A stretch of DNA of 64,000 nucleotides from Azolla caroliniana. Its lineage: Eukaryota > Plantae > Polypodiophyta. A program made the position numbers and the translations under genes. Below, in pieces: positions 60,196 through 64,000 of the stretch; the stretch's first letter is position 1, and each line of letters starts with the position of its first letter. The notes below the pieces were generated by a model that saw only the letters and a program-made list of their open reading frames with translations, made no database searches and was not told the DNA's origin. The stretch covers positions 9,362,001 through 9,426,000 of the forward strand of contig JBHGNT010000017.1 of NCBI GenBank assembly GCA_043228905.1. Reading direction: 5' to 3'.

Positions 60196-60490
60196 TGTGA
60201 GCAGATATGTGGAAGCGTGTACGAGGAACTATAGTATTATACTCAACAAACAACATAGAAATGCGATAGAAGAAGAAACAGAAGCGTGGATGTAGTTTGG
60301 AGCTCTAATAGAAGTTCTTATTTTGCTCTCACATTGTAACTCTACACTTAGATATTCAAGAAAAAGAAGAGAAGAGAAATTGTTACAATGTTAGCGTTGA
60401 GCTTATATACTCAAGCCCTAACTAGAGGATGTGTTCACACTACGGTTACAAAGCGGAAGGATTCGACCTTTTATGCCAACAAACTTCCCC
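60196..60490 (-). repeat. Probable 3' LTR (60196-60481) and PPT of another element
   Basis: TG...CA-bounded 286 bp with TATATAA on the minus strand, adjacent to PPT complement AACTTCCCC. Confidence 0.55.
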
Positions 60491-60783
60491 GTTGTCGTGA
60501 AGAAAACCGGCCCTAAGAAGAATCAAAGAATTAAAGGCGTGAACCCACCTTTGCACAAGTGTGCGCGAATTGATACATTGTACATAACTAGGAGTATGCG
60601 CTATTTGGTGGCCTACCGAGCCGAGATGGTGATGAGAGACATTCCAAAGGATAGGCGTCTGGCCAGGTTCCCTTGGGTGGTGACACCGGGCATCCATGCA
60701 GAGGTGTTTGAGGTACAGGCTAGATGCCGGACCTAGGGAGAATTTGAAGCATGCCTCCTCGAAAGGTACGGGCTTGATGACGT

Positions 60784-61808
60784 TGTCGTGAAGATTTTCG
60801 GCAATAGTGTGAAAATCCTAGAAAACGTACGAAATCGAGTATGAATCATATAATACAATAATTGTGAAGATAACATTTTAAATAAATTTAATATCTAAGT
60901 ACAAAATGATGGAGGTTTCGAATGCACTTTATTACACGAGAAACGGACAACTAAATGTCAAGATATGAGGTTATAAAGTTTGTGAAAGGAAAAGAGAAAA
61001 TTGTGAGATATCCCACATAGGCACGACAAATACGGCTCTCATCATATATAAGGTAGAGCAAAAGATATTATCTTTGTGTCTATGTGTGGAGCATAGAGAG
61101 TTCAAGGTAACTTGAACTAAGAGTGGAGGTGGGGTAGCTACTCGTAAAGGGTTTTGGCCAACCAAAACCGGACTGACGATGGAGCCGGTGAGACGACGGC
61201 ATCCGGCGGCAACCAACGAACCGGCGTCCGACGACTAGATAAATAAATATATAAATATATATACATATACAAGGAGGGCAAGTAAGGATTCGAACCTTGC
61301 ACCTCCAAGTTAGGAGTCAATTGGCTTACCATTAAGCCATTCTATTTAGTTAAATTTATATTTCTATCATTGTAGTTTTACATGTAAATTCTCATACATG
61401 AGAGCTAAAATGAGTGACATGGTTATCATGCACCACATGTAATACATAAGCGCCAAATGGAAAACATGCAATTTATGCATGTCTTGTACCCTCACATGCA
61501 TCATATGCATGAGAGCATCTATAAAAGAAGGAAGGGGGAGGAGAAAAACACGCTTTTTTTGGGTTATGAAATTAAGAAGAAGAAATTCGTTATCAAATTG
61601 ATCGTGTAACTTGTTTCTTAAATCTAAAGTTAAAAGTTCAATCAATCTCTCTCAATCGTTTAATCTCAACTTCTCTCTTTCCCAATCTATCTTAAGTACT
61701 TTCTCGCTAAAGCTTACGCCAAAGCTTGTACCGACTTTGAATCCTTCCGGTCCGGAACCCCGGCGGTTCCGCCTCACGATCCGTGCGTAGTGACGGATCT
61801 TCACGACA
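60784..61808 (+). mobile_element. Solo LTR (1025 bp) of a related 4-bp-TSD Gypsy family
   Basis: Perfect 12-bp termini TGTCGTGAAGAT/ATCTTCACGACA; TSD ACGT; TATAAAA at ~61520; interrupts YGLDD|VLRLS in copy 3 gag. Confidence 0.85.
61274..61345 (-). promoter_or_regulatory. tRNA-like Pol III A/B-box module inside the solo LTR
   Basis: Minus strand TGGCTTAATGGTAAGCC...CTCCTAA...AAGGTTCGAATCCTT, with D-arm and T-arm pairing. Confidence 0.72.
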
Positions 61809-64000
61809 ACGTGCTTCGGTTATCGAATAGAGACTTCATGGAGTGGGTGGAAACCCTTGGGAAGGGGAGGAATGCGTCGACGCTCCTCCGGGAGTTCGAG
61901 GAACGCTTCGCACGGCTCTCAACGCTGGACAGGACCGTGTTGGACATGAGTCGTGTCCTGTTGTTCGTCAAATCGGTGGACGTGCGGGATAGGGGCCAAG
62001 TGGGTCTCTTGCTAGAGACAAATGATGGATGGGCTGACGACCGACTGGACCGTGGTCAAAGGGGTCTGCAGTCGCTTCGACAAACGGCGAGACTGGGGCG
62101 ACGAGAAGTCATCGGTGATGGGACGCACCCCAATAAGGAAGTTCGATTACCCTTCGCCAGCAAGAAAGGAGGAAACTCGGGATTGGCTTGAAACTGGCCC
62201 AACGTCGACCAGAGCGGTCAAGGGCCCATCCGGGGGAGCGGCTCTTGAGGAGTTGACACAAATGGTGCGCGACCTGCAGATCGCGCAGGCCTGGAGAGAC
62301 AGTGGAGGGCAGCCACGCGACCGAAGGCCACCAGCTGGACAACAGTGTATGTGGTGCAACGTGGTCGGGCACAACCGGCGAGATTGCGTGGAGTTTGCCG
62401 AAGCCCTCAGGGTAATGTGGTGTACCTATGGAACGGACGGGTGCACGCTGGTGATACTCGGAGAGAGGTGGAGATGAATTTCGGGCGTGGCGGGATGAAG
62501 CGGCTAACGGAAAAAGTGGAGGTGCGCAATGTGGAGGTCGTCCATTATTCAGCATCGGCCAAGATCCGAGTAGGAGGTGACGAAGACCGGAAAATGAAGA
62601 AACTCTGGCTTCTGGCCCTCGGTGCTAGAAGGCCTCTCCGGTGGACGACTTAAGAGGGAGGAAGCGAGTCGTGTAGAGCGGCAGGTCCGGGAGGTCACTA
62701 GATGGGACGATCTGGTTGAGGAGAAGACCGGTCTCGTGGAAGCTGCGTGCAAGAACTATGAGGTCCTGGTAGAAGACAAGTGTGCGGGAAAGGCCGGAGG
62801 TGCCAGGCCCTCACAACTGTTTGAGACCCGGTTTGGGCAGAAGCAAAACGATGGTGGTAACCCCGGTGCATCGGACAAAACGAAGCGGGCCGGTTACCGG
62901 TTAAGCACCGAGATTGAAAGGACGACAGACCTACGGAAGGTTCTAGAAGAACGGATCCTCGACAGCAAGGTCGAGCTATCTTTGTGGGAAGTGCTTGGGA
63001 TCGCGAAGAAGGAGTTCCACGATTCCATTGTAGATCTAGTGAAGCACAAGTGGCTCTCTACAAAGTCGGAACCGGAGAAGCTGGTGGAGGTGCGGACGAC
63101 GCATCTGGAGGATGCGGCCCTAGAAGACGAGTTGGCGGATAGTCACTACTCGAAGTTACACTAGACCAGGACCACCACGGAAACCCCTATCCAGATCGGG
63201 GACGTGCAGGAGCCGATGATTGTGTTGATAGACCATGGTTCAGAGATAAACCTGATGTCCATGGACTTCTACAGGAAAGGGAAGTGGCCAATCAATACCA
63301 AGCACGGTTGGAAGATACGCGCGGCAATGCATGCTACAGAGGAGTTTCACGGGCCGTGCCTGAATGTACGCGTGAAGATTGGGGATGTCGAGGTAGACCA
63401 ACATTTCTTCATGCAGGAGACGTCCTCGCACCTGGTGATACTCGGCGAACCGTACATTACGGCGGCACGCATGGAAACAAAGGTGCTTGATAATGGGTCG
63501 GCGTACGCGTGCGTGAGAAGCCAAGATGGACGTCACTCCGTCCAATTCCTGACAATAAGGCCGAACCATGAGAGGAACCGCGAGACCCTCGGCGGCGATA
63601 GCGGAGGGGATTTTTAGAGAGGGCTATCAAGGTGTGGGGCCACGATAGTCCGGGCACATTGGAGGAACCCCACACATGTACCATAGGTAGGAAGTTTTGG
63701 TTCTCCGAGAACGGAGGTTGTACTTTAGCTAGCATCAACGGATGGAAAAGGAAGCGGGCGGAGGAACGGCTCAGGGTATGCCGAGTCCTCGCCCTCGATG
63801 AAGAAATTAGCGGCGCCATAGAGGCGGTTTCTTTTTACAACACCCTGGGGGAATTACTGAAGGTGTTCAAAGAAGGCCTCAGTGAAGACCGGATGATCCC
63901 GGTTAGTTTCTTGGAGATTTACGAAGTCCTCGCTAACTTCGGGGAAGGGGTTGGGTCTGACAGGACGGCCTGCATGGATACCAAGTACAAGACTGTGGAC

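Larger units (their letters stand above)
60493..64000 (+). mobile_element. Trp-primed Gypsy family copy 3 (older, degenerate; LTR/PBS/gag-start deletion; runs off window)
   Basis: Starts TGTCGTGAAGAAAACCG; after ~100 bp jumps into gag (RYLVAYRAEMVMRDIP); protease IDHGSEIN; GGATTTTTAG at 63608. Confidence 0.88.

Noticed and set aside
61274-61345. Functional tRNA-Arg(CCT) gene
   Set aside because: Acceptor and anticodon stems do not pair well and it lies inside an LTR; kept only as a tRNA-like module.
60784-61808. MITE/DNA transposon with 12-bp TIRs
   Set aside because: TG...CA ends, the shared TGTCGTGAAGA terminus and the 4-bp TSD match the Gypsy family, and there is an internal TATA; a solo LTR fits better.

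Overview
This window is eukaryotic transposon-rich heterochromatin with no recognisable host gene. It is most likely from a non-seed land plant such as a fern or lycophyte, inferred from the mix of Tcn1-like chromoviruses, tRNA-Trp-primed non-chromovirus Gypsy elements and an RTE/RTEX-like LINE. Nearly all of it resolves into nested retroelements with readable LTRs, primer-binding sites (PBS), polypurine tracts (PPT) and target-site duplications (TSD). These are: a single-ORF chromovirus at the left edge, four Ty1/Copia elements (one apparently intact), two Tcn1-like chromoviruses, three copies plus a solo LTR of a 4-bp-TSD Gypsy family (one copy apparently intact), two Athila/Tat-like Gypsy remnants with a long coiled-coil 3' ORF, a 5'-truncated LINE and a MULE transposase relic. 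The most notable observations are: (i) antisense tRNA-like Pol III A/B-box modules in the U3 of two unrelated LTR lineages; (ii) a Gypsy gag plus 3' ORF cargo ending in a Copia-type pol tail, PPT and LTR; (iii) a conserved unnamed domain shared by the two Gypsy 3' ORFs; (iv) two -1 frameshift signals, one with a covarying pseudoknot; (v) a Tf1-type self-priming PBS. All alignments were done by eye and lineage names are inferences.
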